From: Escherichia coli
GTDB taxonomy: Bacteria > Pseudomonadota > Gammaproteobacteria > Enterobacterales > Enterobacteriaceae
DNA length: 64,000 bases
Assembly (NCBI RefSeq): GCF_003018235.1
Contig: NZ_CP027437.1
Reading direction: 5' to 3' (one strand)
Shown: piece after piece, positions 13,744 through 26,057 of the stretch
How the letters are laid out: each line of letters begins with the position of its first letter
Numbering within the stretch: position 1 is the first letter of the stretch
The notes under the pieces: generated by a model
Told to the model about the DNA's origin: nothing
The model's database searches: none
The model's input: only the letters and a program-made list of their open reading frames with translations
Translations under genes and position numbers: made by a program

Positions 13744-13985
13744 GCACTGGCCGCGTGTGGTGCTGGATGCAGACGGTTGATCATGTCCGGGCGGAAGCCA
13801 GACCAGCTAAGATCGCCTGCAATCACAACCGGCAACTGACGAAAGCCCTGAGCACGCAGCGCTTCTGCCGCTTCAGGAACGCGATCGACATTAATCATTT
13901 CAAAATCAAAGCCCCGGTTTTCCATCGCCCGTTTGGTGGCGTGGCACTGAACGCAATCGTTACGAGTGTAAATAGTAATGCGCAT
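13740..13985 (-). CDS. nrdH: Glutaredoxin-like NrdH
   Basis: 81-aa ORF with CVQC redox motif; overlaps nrdI. Confidence 0.92.
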   Translation of the reverse strand: MRITIYTRNDCVQCHATKRAMENRGFDFEMINVDRVPEAAEALRAQGFRQLPVVIAGDLSWSGFRPDMINRLHPAPHAASA

Positions 13986-14177
13986 GATTCGTATTTCCGT
14001 TTAAAATGAAGATACGGCGCGATGATACGCGTCGGGTTGTCTCTCTGTTGATACAGAGATACTAGATGTAGTTGAAAAAAGATTCAACCACACAATATAT
14101 AGCAAATAGTGGTCGAAATTACCCTGGGTATGAGCGTGACGGGGTAGGGGGATTTTTGTGATTCACCAGGCAAAAAG

Positions 14178-14206
14178 AAACCCCGAAGCCAGGCTTCGGG
14201 GTCAAA
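14178..14206 (-). terminator. Rho-independent terminator downstream of ygaM (9-bp stem ccccgaagc/gcttcgggg, T-run on minus strand)
   Basis: Perfect inverted repeat read in sequence. Confidence 0.55.
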
Positions 14207-14232
14207 GACGCGTATTTATTATCATTTTTGCA

Positions 14233-14562
14233 CTACGATTTGCGCATGCTTAACAGTGCGCCGATAAAAATACCTACCGCAGCTGCTGTACCCACGCTAC
14301 ACCAGGGTCTTTCACGAACAAAAGAATCCGCGCAGCCAACGGCATCGCGTGCGGCTTGCTGGACGCGAGTACGACCATGCATTCGCGCCCTGGTTTCTTT
14401 CAGTAGAGCCTGCGCTTTACTGCGTGCGGCTTCAGCTTCCCCTTTAGCGTCGCTGCCCCAGGACTTCAATACAGATTCGAGGCTATCAGCTAATTGATTG
14501 ACATCATTCTGGATATCCTGCACGCCATCATCAACGTCGTTGCGGTTCGGTCGGTTAAACAT
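14233..14562 (-). CDS. ygaM: Ribosome-associated tail-anchored membrane protein YgaM (ElaB/YqjD family)
   Basis: ORF 14233..14574, start trimmed to MFNRPNRND; C-terminal TM helix. Confidence 0.88.
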   Translation of the reverse strand: MFNRPNRNDVDDGVQDIQNDVNQLADSLESVLKSWGSDAKGEAEAARSKAQALLKETRARMHGRTRVQQAARDAVGCADSFVRERPWCSVGTAAAVGIFIGALLSMRKS

Positions 14563-14713
14563 ATGATCCCCCATTAGAATTCGATGTAATTTTCAGTGTA
14601 GACCATAATTTTCTTAACTGAGGTTCATCGCGGCTTTATGGACTTTTCTGAAAGCGTTGTGAATGCGCAATCAGGTAAGGTAGGCCCGCGGTTGATAATA
14701 ACGAGGATCAAAT

Positions 14714-15058
14714 ATGTATTTACGACCAGACGAGGTGGCGCGCGTACTTGAAAAAGTCGGTTTTACTGTCGATGTGGTAACCCAGAAAGCTTATGGTTAC
14801 CGCCGTGGGGAAAATTATGTCTATGTTAATCGCGAAGCGCGAATGGGACGTACCGCCCTGGTGATTCATCCAACATTAAAAGAACGTAGTTCAACACTGG
14901 CTGAACCCGCTTCCGATATTAAAACTTGCGATCATTATCAACAATTTCCGCTCTATTTAGCAGGCGAGCGACACGAGCATTACGGTATCCCGCATGGCTT
15001 TAGTTCGCGTGTTGCGCTTGAACGTTATTTGAATGGTTTATTTGGCGAAGCCAGTTAA
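14714..15058 (+). CDS. ygaC: Uncharacterised protein YgaC (DUF2002)
   Basis: 114-aa ORF; synteny. Confidence 0.85.
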
Positions 15059-15060
15059 AG

Positions 15061-15083
15061 ACGCGACTGGCGATGCCAGTCGC
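15061..15083. terminator. Bidirectional hairpin between convergent ygaC and alaE (cgcgactgg...ccagtcgcg)
   Basis: 9-bp inverted repeat read in sequence. Confidence 0.5.
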
Positions 15084-15094
15084 GAAAAGAAGGG

Positions 15095-15544
15095 TCAGGC
15101 TTTTACCTGCTGGTAACGGCTGACTTTAAACAGTCGGCGGCAATAATCGAGGAAGTAGCCATAAACCGCCCCCATCAACATCGAAACAACGATGTTTGAA
15201 CTGACCGCCGCCATAATCTGATGCCAGTCTGCGCCCACCACTAACAAGATCGCCACATACACCGGTGACTGGAACGTCACATAAGCCATGATATCCGCCA
15301 GATTTTTTATCCAGCCCGACGGGCTAACTTTGCGTGCTGCGCGCATAAACAGATCTCGGTACATACCGTATGGCCATGCAATTAAGATGTTCACCGGAAT
15401 CGCTACCAATCTGGAATAAAAAGACTGTTCGAAGCTCATTCCGGAGAGGAAAACTTCAATACACATGTTCACGACAGAACAGTAAACAACCATCGCGAAC
15501 GTATCTGCAACTGCATGACGCAAGCGTGACTGCGGTGAGAACAT
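15095..15544 (-). CDS. alaE: L-alanine exporter AlaE
   Basis: ORF 15095..15655 trimmed to [12 protein letters not shown] start (149 aa); membrane protein. Confidence 0.85.
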   Translation of the reverse strand: MFSPQSRLRHAVADTFAMVVYCSVVNMCIEVFLSGMSFEQSFYSRLVAIPVNILIAWPYGMYRDLFMRAARKVSPSGWIKNLADIMAYVTFQSPVYVAILLVVGADWHQIMAAVSSNIVVSMLMGAVYGYFLDYCRRLFKVSRYQQVKA

Positions 15545-16211
15545 GCTAATGCTCCTTAATAAAAGCGTAATGGGATATGAATGGAGATGAAAGCAGTGGA
15601 TCTCATTGCCATCTGCATTTTCGCATAGCGTATATCGCTGGCTATTACTAATCAATTAGTGAAAAATTTTTATTTAAACTGTTTTTGTAGATAAAATATT
15701 CCGTAACGGCGCGTTTTTTGTACATTGTGGATTTTTACATGCCGATATGGTTTATTTTCAATTAAATCAATTAGATATGATCCTGCCTTTAATTACACTA
15801 ATGAAAGTTTGGGGGTGAGGTAACGCTATAAGCGTAGAGAATTCGGTGTATGTCGTGACCGGGTCATTTTCAGCATTTTTTATGCCAGAAAATGTACATT
15901 GACAGCAGAAAGCACCAGTGAGGGGTGTTTTCATTTATTCGGTTAAATTGCATTTTTATTCACTTTGGTTTTGTCAGGCTTGCGGAATTAGCGAGCAGAG
16001 AGCGCCGCTCTGTTCACCAATAACCGAAATTACTCATCAAAATGGCTAATATATAATCTTGAAATTATTCTGAGAGTTTCAGAAAATAACAGCTGAAATA
16101 ATCTCGTGCAGGACTGTAAATAGATTAAATTTTGTGGAAATATAATAAGTGATCGCTTACACTACGCGACGAAATACTTTTTTGTTTTGGCGTTAAAAGG
16201 TTTTCTTTATT

Positions 16212-16616
16212 ATGTCCGTAATGTTACAAAGTTTAAATAACATTCGCACTCTCCGTGCGATGGCTCGCGAATTCTCCATTGACGTTCTTGAAGAAATGCT
16301 CGAAAAATTCAGGGTTGTCACTAAAGAAAGACGTGAAGAAGAAGAACAGCAGCAGCGTGAACTGGCAGAGCGCCAGGAAAAAATTAGCACCTGGCTGGAG
16401 CTGATGAAAGCTGATGGAATTAACCCGGAAGAGTTATTGGGTAATAGCTCTGCTGCTGCACCACGCGCTGCTAAAAAACGCCAGCCGCGTCCGGCGAAAT
16501 ATAAATTCACCGATGTTAACGGTGAAACTAAAACCTGGACCGGTCAGGGCCGTACACCGAAGCCAATCGCTCAGGCGCTGGCAGAAGGTAAATCTCTCGA
16601 CGATTTCCTGATCTAA
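16212..16616 (+). CDS. stpA: H-NS paralogue StpA (nucleoid protein / RNA chaperone)
   Basis: 134-aa [24 protein letters not shown]; long AT-rich upstream region typical of H-NS-regulated promoter. Confidence 0.94.
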   Translation: MSVMLQSLNNIRTLRAMAREFSIDVLEEMLEKFRVVTKERREEEEQQQRELAERQEKISTWLELMKADGINPEELLGNSSAAAPRAAKKRQPRPAKYKFTDVNGETKTWTGQGRTPKPIAQALAEGKSLDDFLI

Positions 16617-16662
16617 TTACTGAGGCCGGATGCCGCCGCTATGGCGCGTCCGGCGTCGCTTC

Positions 16663-17187
16663 TCAAGCTCGTTGGTTCCACGGCATCTTACCTAACAACC
16701 TTGCCATACCACAAAAACCGCTAATTCCTGCAAACAGTAACCCGGCACCAACAAAGCCGCTTAATAAGAAGAAACCGCTATTTACGGTATAGCCCAGTAT
16801 AACTCCGATTAATATTAAACCACCCGCAGCGATCTGCACCTGGCGCATTAACGGCAAGGGTTGAGATTTATTTACCGCTACTGGTAATCCTGCTTTTTTC
16901 CAGCCATCAATCCCATCTTCGAGTAAAAAGATTTCTGCGGGGGCGGCAATCGCTGCTAATTTATCGGCGTTATTACTGGTGCGTTTACCTGCCTGGCAGT
17001 GGAATATAATTTGCTCGTGACGTAATTTAGGCGGAAGACCTGACTGTTCCAGCACGGATAATGGAGCCAGATCTGCTTCAGGAATATGCTCACGAAGATA
17101 TTCATCAGCGTCACGAATATCGATTAACTTTGCGCCGCGTGCGATTAATTCTTGTGCATCATGCGGCGAAATGGTTGTCAAAGCCAT
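16663..17187 (-). CDS. ygaP: Membrane-anchored rhodanese (thiosulfate sulfurtransferase) YgaP
   Basis: 174-aa ORF with rhodanese Cys motif (FHCQAGKR) and C-terminal TM segments. Confidence 0.9.
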   Translation of the reverse strand: MALTTISPHDAQELIARGAKLIDIRDADEYLREHIPEADLAPLSVLEQSGLPPKLRHEQIIFHCQAGKRTSNNADKLAAIAAPAEIFLLEDGIDGWKKAGLPVAVNKSQPLPLMRQVQIAAGGLILIGVILGYTVNSGFFLLSGFVGAGLLFAGISGFCGMARLLGKMPWNQRA

Positions 17188-17196
17188 AGTGACTCC

Positions 17197-17496
17197 TTAC
17201 GGACAATAGACATTTTTCAGGGTGGCGATAATGGCATTTACCGCCTCATTTTTAATGGAATATAGAATGCGTTGGGCATCCCGTTGGCTGTCGATAAGCC
17301 CTTCGTCCCGCATACGAGCGAGATGCTGTGATGTTGCAGAGGCACTCAGTCCGGTAATGCGCGTCAGCTCTCCCGCGCTCGTGCCGGGGGAACCGCTAAG
17401 CATGCACAGAATCAGCAACCGTTTAGGGTGGCTCATTGCTTTCAATAAGGCCGCTGCCTGTTCGGCACTGGCCTGTAATTGCGCGAGTTCAGTCAT
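17197..17496 (-). CDS. ygaV: ArsR/SmtB-family transcriptional regulator YgaV
   Basis: 99-aa wHTH ORF directly upstream of ygaP. Confidence 0.9.
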   Translation of the reverse strand: MTELAQLQASAEQAAALLKAMSHPKRLLILCMLSGSPGTSAGELTRITGLSASATSQHLARMRDEGLIDSQRDAQRILYSIKNEAVNAIIATLKNVYCP

Positions 17497-17678
17497 AGTT
17501 ATTTAAGTGTTTTCTAAATTAAGTAAACTCTAAACTAAAAATGCAACATATACCAGCATCAGCAGCGTAAATGAGAGTAAAAGCGTAAGCTGAAACTGGC
17601 AGGCTCCGCTAAAATTACTACGCTTAAGAGATAAAATCTCTTTTTAAACAATGAGTAATTTTCTTATAGGGAGTACAT

Positions 17679-17837
17679 ATGGGTTTCTGGAGAATCGTCA
17701 TCACCATCATTCTGCCGCCGCTCGGCGTGCTGCTCGGTAAAGGGTTCGGTTGGGCGTTCATTATTAATATTCTGCTGACACTGCTTGGGTATATCCCCGG
17801 TTTGATTCACGCTTTCTGGGTGCAAACCCGCGATTAA
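17679..17837 (+). CDS. yqaE: Small membrane protein YqaE (Pmp3/UPF0057 family, 52 aa)
   Basis: Below the ORF-track size cutoff; ATG with upstream GGGAG; MGFWRIVITIILPPLGVLLGKG translation. Confidence 0.8.
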   Translation: MGFWRIVITIILPPLGVLLGKGFGWAFIINILLTLLGYIPGLIHAFWVQTRD

Positions 17838-17920
17838 ACCTGTCCTCACCCCCGCGGCGTTAACGCGCCGCGTTCCTCTGCTACACTTTCTGAGTGTTTC
17901 CGTTAACGAATGAGGTAGCT

Positions 17921-18370
17921 ATGGGTCTGTTCAATTTTGTGAAAGATGCCGGAGAAAAACTCTGGGACGCGGTTACAGGTCAGCACGATAAAGACGATCA
18001 GGCGAAGAAGGTGCAGGAGCATCTGAACAAAACCGGTATACCTGATGCCGATAAAGTGAACATTCAAATCGCCGACGGCAAAGCGACGGTCACGGGTGAT
18101 GGCCTGAGTCAGGAGGCGAAGGAGAAAATCCTTGTTGCGGTGGGGAATATTTCCGGTATTGCCAGTGTCGATGATCAGGTGAAAACGGCGACACCAGCCG
18201 CTGCCAGCCAGTTTTATACCGTTAAGTCTGGCGACACTCTGAGTGCCATTTCCAAACAGGTCTACGGTAACGCCAATCTGTACAATAAAATCTTCGAAGC
18301 GAATAAACCGATGCTCAAAAGCCCGGATAAAATTTACCCGGGGCAAGTGTTGCGTATTCCTGAAGAGTAG
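17921..18370 (+). CDS. kbp: Potassium-binding protein Kbp/YgaU (BON + LysM domains)
   Basis: ORF 17894..18370 trimmed to [16 protein letters not shown]-terminal LysM ([18 protein letters not shown]). Confidence 0.9.
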   Translation: MGLFNFVKDAGEKLWDAVTGQHDKDDQAKKVQEHLNKTGIPDADKVNIQIADGKATVTGDGLSQEAKEKILVAVGNISGIASVDDQVKTATPAAASQFYTVKSGDTLSAISKQVYGNANLYNKIFEANKPMLKSPDKIYPGQVLRIPEE

Positions 18371-19033
18371 TTAATTGCCAGCCATCGCCTGCTGGATAAT
18401 GGGAATTGGCGTCAGTAAATGCTGGCGCATTAACTCACTGGCGCGCGCGGTATCTCGCGCCAGTACCGCCGCAGTCAGGGTCTGGTGCTGATCGTGTTTA
18501 TCCTCCAGCATCTCCACCGAAAGCACTGTTCGCCGCAGCCAGATAAATCGATAGCGCGCCGCCAGATCAAACAACCGTTCACGCATTTGCAGCAAATAGT
18601 GAGAACCACAGCCCGCCACAATTGCAGTATGAAACGCCTGATGACGCAGATCCCACTCATCAAGCATTTTCTCACTGGCGTCACAGGCCTCAAGCTTACT
18701 GAGCAGATGCGCTTTTGCGAGAACGTCTGCCTCCCATTCATCGCCACCGCGGGCAATCGCCAGACTGACCAGCATCGCTTCCATATTGGCGCGGGCGTCG
18801 AAAATATCGAGCAGCTCCTGCTCTGACATAGACGCCACCCGATACCCTTTTTGATTCACCACCGTGACCAGCCGTTCCGCCACCAGTTGCGAAAGAGCTT
18901 CCCGTAACGGCCCAACGCCAAGTGCATAACGCGATGTAAGCAAACTCATCCGTAATTTTTCATCCGGTTGAAAATTACCGCGAATAATATCGTTCTTCAG
19001 CCAGCGATAGCCATCCAGAGACGTAATGGTCAT
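18371..19033 (-). CDS. csiR: GntR-family repressor CsiR (YgaE)
   Basis: ORF 18371..19051, start trimmed to MTITSLDGYRW; synteny with gabDTP. Confidence 0.9.
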   Translation of the reverse strand: MTITSLDGYRWLKNDIIRGNFQPDEKLRMSLLTSRYALGVGPLREALSQLVAERLVTVVNQKGYRVASMSEQELLDIFDARANMEAMLVSLAIARGGDEWEADVLAKAHLLSKLEACDASEKMLDEWDLRHQAFHTAIVAGCGSHYLLQMRERLFDLAARYRFIWLRRTVLSVEMLEDKHDQHQTLTAAVLARDTARASELMRQHLLTPIPIIQQAMAGN

Positions 19034-19053
19034 GGTGTGACTCCTGATCATTA

Positions 19054-20454
19054 TCAGCGCGTATTATGAACGGGTGTTTTTTGCCACAATACCAGCTTTT
19101 TCCAGCGAGCCATAATTGGCACGGTACAGATAATCCCTATCGCTAATAAGCCGGTGGAGATCACTTCTAACTGTTGCGCCGGGCGGAATAGCATCACTAC
19201 CAACACAAAGGTAATAAAGCCGATGACCAGCCAGGTGAGCCACGGATAAAGCCACATCCGCAGGCGAATTTCGCTTCCTTCTGCTCGCAGAATTTTGCGC
19301 ATCCGCAATTGTGAAACGGCGATGACTAAATAAACCAGCAGGGCGATAGCGCCGGAGCTGTCGATCAGAAATTTAAACACTTTCGCAGGCGCGTAATAAT
19401 TCACCACCACCGTTAAAAATGCCGCACCGGTGGAGAGTAATACCGCCACATACGGGGTTTTACTGCGGTTGATTTTACCCATTACCGCGGGAGCATCACC
19501 GCGACGGCTTAAGGAGTAGAGCATTCTGGAAGCGGTATACAGCGCCGAGTTCAGGCAACTGGTTACGGAAAGTAATATCACGCAGTCCATGATTAATTTC
19601 GCATGGGGAATATTGAGCAACTCCAGAACCGAGCGATAAGATCCAACGGCTTTCAGCCCCGGCATATTCCACGGTATTAATGCCACAACGACAAAAATAG
19701 AACACAAATAGAAAATAGAGATACGCCAGATAACCGAGTTGGTGGCGCGGACAATATGTTTTTCCGGCGTGTCGGATTCCGCGGCGGCAATGGTGACAAT
19801 TTCTGCGCCCATAAACGAGAACATAGTGATCAACATCGCGCTTAATACCGCACCGAAGCCGTTGGGCATAAAGCCGCCGCTATCCCACAATCTTGAGATC
19901 CCGCTCACTTCGGCATAAGGGTAAAAACCGCTAATTGCGACTGCACCAAGGAAAATAAAGGCCAGGATAGCGATGACTTTGCACAGCGCCAGCCAGAACT
20001 CAAATTCGCCGTAGTTTTTAACGCTTAATAAATTACTGCCAGTTAAGGCGAGGGTAATGACGAGGGAAAATAACCAGATGGGAATGCCTGGAACCCACGA
20101 GTGCAGGATCATGGCGGCGATGTTGGCTTCCAGCGGGATAACCAGTACCCAAAACCACCAGTACAGCCAGCCGATGGTATAACCCGCCCAGCGGCCAATT
20201 GCCTTGTCGGCATAGGTGGAAAACGAACCGGTATCGGGCGTGGCAACCGCCATTTCCGCCAACATCCGCATAATCATAACCACCAGTAATCCGGCGAACA
20301 GATAGGCCAGTAATACCGCCGGGCCCGCTTCGGCGATGGCGACGCTGGAACCGACAAACAGACTTGCGCCGATAACACCGGCAATAGACAACATGGTGAC
20401 GTGGCGTGACTTCAGCCCGCCGCCTAACTCATGTGGTTGCGATGATTGCCCCAT
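19054..20454 (-). CDS. gabP: GABA permease GabP (APC family)
   Basis: ORF 19054..20517, start trimmed to MGQSSQPHELGGG. Confidence 0.92.
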   Translation of the reverse strand: MGQSSQPHELGGGLKSRHVTMLSIAGVIGASLFVGSSVAIAEAGPAVLLAYLFAGLLVVMIMRMLAEMAVATPDTGSFSTYADKAIGRWAGYTIGWLYWWFWVLVIPLEANIAAMILHSWVPGIPIWLFSLVITLALTGSNLLSVKNYGEFEFWLALCKVIAILAFIFLGAVAISGFYPYAEVSGISRLWDSGGFMPNGFGAVLSAMLITMFSFMGAEIVTIAAAESDTPEKHIVRATNSVIWRISIFYLCSIFVVVALIPWNMPGLKAVGSYRSVLELLNIPHAKLIMDCVILLSVTSCLNSALYTASRMLYSLSRRGDAPAVMGKINRSKTPYVAVLLSTGAAFLTVVVNYYAPAKVFKFLIDSSGAIALLVYLVIAVSQLRMRKILRAEGSEIRLRMWLYPWLTWLVIGFITFVLVVMLFRPAQQLEVISTGLLAIGIICTVPIMARWKKLVLWQKTPVHNTR

Positions 20455-20544
20455 CCTGAATCCTCTCGAAAGTGTGTCACTTGGGAGAGCGCCCCGACAT
20501 TTCCCGCGTCGGGTCACGCGTGTAATTGTTATTGGTTCTTTTTA

Positions 20545-20685
20545 CCGGAGAGCGGCTCCGCCTTATCCGGCCGACATAGATTTATTCCTGTTCACGTACA
20601 GATTGTCGGATGCAGCGTAAACGCTTTATCCGACCTGGATTCGCGTAGGCCGGACAAGACGCGCAGCGTCGCCTCCGGCATGGGT
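20545..20685. repeat. REP/BIME palindromic elements in the gabT-gabP intergenic region
   Basis: Typical REP cores (gccttatccggcc, gtaggccggacaag, gccggatgcagcgtaaacgc-like) read in sequence. Confidence 0.75.
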
Positions 20686-20691
20686 ACGGAT

Positions 20692-21972
20692 CTACTGCTT
20701 CGCCTCTGCAAAACACTGGCTGATGATCTCCAGACCCTGACGGATCTGAGCGTCTTCAATGGTGAGCGGTACAAGGATGCGCAGCACGTTGTAATACGGG
20801 CCGCAGGAGAGAAGAATCAAGCCCTTATCGCGAGCACGCGCCACGATCTCGGCGGTGAGTTTTGCGTCTGGTTTGCTGTGATCGCCATCTTCAAACAGCT
20901 CGATGGCAATCATCGCTCCCAGCCCGCGTACGTCGCCGATCTCAGTATGTTTTTCGGCTATCGCCAGCAATCCGTCTTTCAGTTTCTGCCCCAGATCGTT
21001 GGCTTTTTGCAGCAGATTTTCCTGCTCAAACACCTTCAACACTTCCAGCGCAGCCACGCAGGCAATCGGGTTACCCGCATAGGTGCCGCCCAGACCGCCT
21101 GGAGCGACGGCATCCATCACTTCCGCGCGCCCGGTGACGCCCGCCAGCGGGAAGCCGCCTGCGATCGATTTCGCAAAGGTGGTAAGATCCGGCGCAACGC
21201 CCATCTGCTCCATCGCAAACAGCGTGCCGGTACGCCCCGCGCCGCTCTGCACTTCATCGGCAATCAGCATGATCCCGTGCTCGTCACACAACGCGCGTAA
21301 ACGCTGCATAAAGGCTGGCGTCGCGGCGTAGAAACCGCCTTCGCCCTGAACCGGCTCAATCACGATGGCGGCGATATCTTCCGGCGCAGCGTCATTTTTA
21401 AAGATCCGGTGGATGCTGGCGATAGCGTCATCTTCACTGATGCCGTGCAGCGGGCAAGGATAAAGCGCGCGATAAACGTGCCCAGGCATCAGTCCCATGC
21501 CCGCAGAGTACGGATTCACCTTGCCGGTCAGCGCCAACGTGTAGTGCGTACGCCCGTGATACGCGCCGCTAAAGGCGATGGTCCCGCTGCGTTTGGTGGC
21601 GGCGCGGGCGATTTTCACCGCGTTTTCCACCGCTTCGGAACCTGTGGTGACCAGCAGCGTTTTCTTGGCAAAATCGCCCGGCACCTTCTGATTCATAATC
21701 TCGCACAGCTCCAGATACGGCTCGTAGGCCAGCACCTGGAAGCAGGTGTGCGACAGTTTTTTCAACTGCGCTTCCACTGCCGCAACCACTTTCGGATGCA
21801 GGTGCCCGGTATTGAGCACCGCAATCCCGCCCGCGAAATCAAGATACTCACGGCCTTCAACGTCCCACACCCGGCAGTTTTCCGCGCGGTCAGCGAAAAT
21901 CGGGTGAATTTGCCCAACGCCACGAGGAACTGCCTGACTACGGCGCTGCATTAACTCTTTATTGCTGCTCAT
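20692..21972 (-). CDS. gabT: 4-aminobutyrate aminotransferase GabT (PLP-dependent)
   Basis: 426-aa class III aminotransferase ORF. Confidence 0.94.
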   Translation of the reverse strand: MSSNKELMQRRSQAVPRGVGQIHPIFADRAENCRVWDVEGREYLDFAGGIAVLNTGHLHPKVVAAVEAQLKKLSHTCFQVLAYEPYLELCEIMNQKVPGDFAKKTLLVTTGSEAVENAVKIARAATKRSGTIAFSGAYHGRTHYTLALTGKVNPYSAGMGLMPGHVYRALYPCPLHGISEDDAIASIHRIFKNDAAPEDIAAIVIEPVQGEGGFYAATPAFMQRLRALCDEHGIMLIADEVQSGAGRTGTLFAMEQMGVAPDLTTFAKSIAGGFPLAGVTGRAEVMDAVAPGGLGGTYAGNPIACVAALEVLKVFEQENLLQKANDLGQKLKDGLLAIAEKHTEIGDVRGLGAMIAIELFEDGDHSKPDAKLTAEIVARARDKGLILLSCGPYYNVLRILVPLTIEDAQIRQGLEIISQCFAEAKQ

Positions 21973-21985
21973 TCGCGTTCTCCAG

Positions 21986-23434
21986 TTAAAGACCGATGCA
22001 CATATATTTGATTTCTAAGTAATCTTCGATGCCATACTTCGAACCTTCACGACCCAGACCCGAGGCTTTAATGCCGCCAAACGGGGCCACTTCATTGGAA
22101 ATAATGCCAGTATTAATGCCGACGATGCCGTACTCCAGCGCCTCGCCCACGCGGAAGACGCGGCTTAAATCACGGGCGTAGAAATAGGCGGCAAGGCCAA
22201 ACTCGGTGTCATTGGCTTGCGCAATCACATCGGCTTCATCTTTAAAGCGGAACAGCGGGGCGAGGGGGCCGAACGTCTCTTCTTTCGACACTTTGGCGTT
22301 GGCCGGAACGTCCACCAGAATGGTCGGCTGGAAGAAGTTGCCGCCGCGTTCGTGTGCTTTACCACCGCAAACCACGCGCGCACCTTTCTCCAGCGCATCG
22401 GCAATATGCTCTTCCACTTTTGCTACCGCTTTTTCATCGATCAGCGGCCCGATGGTGACGCCATTCTCCAGCCCGTCGCCGATGTGCAGTTTGCTCACCG
22501 CCTGCTGTAATTTTTCGGCAAAGCGGTCATACACGCCGTCCTGCACGTATAAACGGTTGGCGCAGACGCAGGTTTGCCCGGCGTTGCGGAATTTCGAGGC
22601 CAGTGCGCCTTCCACGGCTTTGTCGAGGTCGGCATCGTCAAAGACGATAAACGGCGCGTTGCCGCCCAGCTCCAGCGACACTTTCTTGATGTCTTTCGCG
22701 CACTGTTCCATTAACTGGCGGCCAATTTCGGTCGAGCCGGTAAACGACAGCTTGCGCACCAGCGGATTGCTGGTCAGTTCGTTACCGACCGCGCCCGCCG
22801 AACCGGTGACCACGTTAAATACGCCAGCCGGAACGCCTGCGCGAATCGCCAGTTCCGCCAGCGCCAGCGCAGAGAACGGCGTCTGACTGGCGGGCTTCAG
22901 CACCATGGTGCAGCCTGCCGCCAGCGCCGGACCGGCTTTGCGGGTAATCATCGCCGCCGGGAAGTTCCACGGCGTGATGGCGGCGGTAACGCCAATCGGC
23001 TGTTTGATAACAATAAGGCGTTTGTCGGCCTGATGACCGGGAATGGTATCGCCATAAATACGTTTGCCTTCTTCGGCAAACCACTCAATAAAAGAGGCTG
23101 CGTAGCTGATTTCGCCTTTCGCTTCGGCCAGCGGTTTGCCCTGTTCTAGGGTCATCAGGCGCGCTAAATCGTCCTGATGCTCCATCATCAAATTGAACCA
23201 GTTGCGCAGAATGGTGGCGCGTTCTTTGGCGGTGAGCGCACGCCAGGCGGGCAGAGCGCGGTTGGCGGCGTCGATAGCGGCGCGGGTTTCATCAGCGCCC
23301 ATTTTGGGTACGCTACCCAGCTTGTCGCCGTTCGCCGGATTGGTGACGTCGATGACCTCGCCATTGTTGGCGTCCAGCCATTCCCCGTTAATCAACGCCT
23401 GCTGGCGGAATAAGTTACTGTCGTTAAGTTTCAT
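21986..23434 (-). CDS. gabD: Succinate-semialdehyde dehydrogenase GabD (NADP+)
   Basis: 482-aa aldehyde dehydrogenase ORF. Confidence 0.94.
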   Translation of the reverse strand: MKLNDSNLFRQQALINGEWLDANNGEVIDVTNPANGDKLGSVPKMGADETRAAIDAANRALPAWRALTAKERATILRNWFNLMMEHQDDLARLMTLEQGKPLAEAKGEISYAASFIEWFAEEGKRIYGDTIPGHQADKRLIVIKQPIGVTAAITPWNFPAAMITRKAGPALAAGCTMVLKPASQTPFSALALAELAIRAGVPAGVFNVVTGSAGAVGNELTSNPLVRKLSFTGSTEIGRQLMEQCAKDIKKVSLELGGNAPFIVFDDADLDKAVEGALASKFRNAGQTCVCANRLYVQDGVYDRFAEKLQQAVSKLHIGDGLENGVTIGPLIDEKAVAKVEEHIADALEKGARVVCGGKAHERGGNFFQPTILVDVPANAKVSKEETFGPLAPLFRFKDEADVIAQANDTEFGLAAYFYARDLSRVFRVGEALEYGIVGINTGIISNEVAPFGGIKASGLGREGSKYGIEDYLEIKYMCIGL

Positions 23435-23456
23435 TGTTACGTCCTGTTTTCAAAGG

Positions 23457-24725
23457 TTATTGATTAAATGCGGCGTGTAAGGCATCCACACTACGTGCCG
23501 CTCGCAGCGTGCGTCCGGGGTTACTCTGGCTTGCCAACAGCGTTTGTACCTTGCTGACAATATGCGCACCAATAGGAATTGCTGATGTCGCTGCCGGGGA
23601 GGGCGCATTGCAGGTGTGGATCGTGCGCGGGGTGGTGACAAACAGAAAATCGTCAATCAGCTTGCCGTCCGGCGATACCGCCTGCGCCCGCACACCGGCG
23701 GGCCAGGGCTGGAGATCGCTTAACGAAAGCCGGGGACAATATTTTTGCACCAGCCGCAGATAGCCGCTTTTGCACAGCGAGTTTTTCATCTCGCCCAATC
23801 CTGAGCGTAGATGGTTTTGCAGCACCCGGCGAATCCCCGACGAGCCTAAAATCTCCAGCGTGTCACTAAACGAGAAATCGCGCTTGCGATAGCCTTCGCG
23901 TTTAAAAGCCAGCACCGCGTTTGGCCCGACGGTCACGCTGCCATCGATCATGCGGGTGAGATGCACGCCCAAAAATGGCATCGCGGGGTCGGGAATGGGG
24001 TAAATCAGGTGGTTAACAATCTGGTTATGCTCCGGCGCAAGGCGGAAATACTCGCCACGGAACGGGCAGATAATAAAGCCCGGTTCGAGGCCGAGCATTT
24101 TCACCAGCCGGTCAGCCATCAGCCCGGAACAGCTAATCAGCGTCGATGCTTCATATTCACCGCCCTGACGGGTACGTATCACCACGCCGTTTTTATGCTC
24201 ACTGAGGGCGCTGACTTCGGCGTTATAAATAATCTCGCCGCCTCTGGCCTGGAAGATTTTTGCCATCGCCGCCGTCACTTCGCGATAGCTGACAATGCCG
24301 CTGGACGGCACAAAAATGCCGCCGAGCCCGGTGATATTCGGTTCGCGCTCGCGCAGTTCCTCGGCGTTTAACCACTCGCGCTCGATCCCGTTCGCCGCCG
24401 TGCGTTCCCACAACGCGCGCATCCGTTCCATTTCAAGTTCAGAGGTGGCGACCAGCATCTTGCCGCAGTTGTCATAGCGAATGCCGTTTTGATCGCAAAA
24501 GGCTTTGGTGGCGCGGTTTCCCGCCAGGCAAAACTGTGCCTTCAGGCTACCGGGCGTGTAATAGACCCCGGCATGGATCACGCCGCTGTTGTGGCCCGTC
24601 TGATGAAAGGCCGGGCCGGACTCTTTTTCCAGCAACGCAATGCGGGCATCCGGATAAACATCAATCAGTTGCATGGCGGTCGACATGCCGATGATGCCGC
24701 CGCCAATAATCACAAAATCATACAT
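23457..24725 (-). CDS. lhgO: L-2-hydroxyglutarate oxidase/dehydrogenase LhgO (YgaF), FAD-dependent
   Basis: ORF 23457..24791, start trimmed to MYDFVIIGGGIIG Rossmann motif. Confidence 0.9.
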   Translation of the reverse strand: MYDFVIIGGGIIGMSTAMQLIDVYPDARIALLEKESGPAFHQTGHNSGVIHAGVYYTPGSLKAQFCLAGNRATKAFCDQNGIRYDNCGKMLVATSELEMERMRALWERTAANGIEREWLNAEELREREPNITGLGGIFVPSSGIVSYREVTAAMAKIFQARGGEIIYNAEVSALSEHKNGVVIRTRQGGEYEASTLISCSGLMADRLVKMLGLEPGFIICPFRGEYFRLAPEHNQIVNHLIYPIPDPAMPFLGVHLTRMIDGSVTVGPNAVLAFKREGYRKRDFSFSDTLEILGSSGIRRVLQNHLRSGLGEMKNSLCKSGYLRLVQKYCPRLSLSDLQPWPAGVRAQAVSPDGKLIDDFLFVTTPRTIHTCNAPSPAATSAIPIGAHIVSKVQTLLASQSNPGRTLRAARSVDALHAAFNQ

Positions 24726-24744
24726 CCGCTCAATTCCTTTGCGC

Positions 24745-25836
<1,092 letters not shown>

Positions 25837-26057
25837 TTATTGTGATCAAAAGCAACAAATTGGTAACATTTAATGTGGGGTATTAAGGCAAAGTGAGACA
25901 GGAAATGAATAACTAAAGCAACAGGTTAGGGGGAGCTACCATCAGAGAACAGATTATCTGGTCGATAAAAAACAGTAAATGGCTTCACTGCAAAATGACC
26001 GTTAGTAAACTAAACATATTATCTGCCCCGTTTTAGCGGGGCAGATATAACATTAAA

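Noticed and set aside
22206-22886. 226-aa Ser/Ala-rich plus-strand ORF inside gabD
   Set aside because: Antisense to gabD; low-complexity composition; no RBS.
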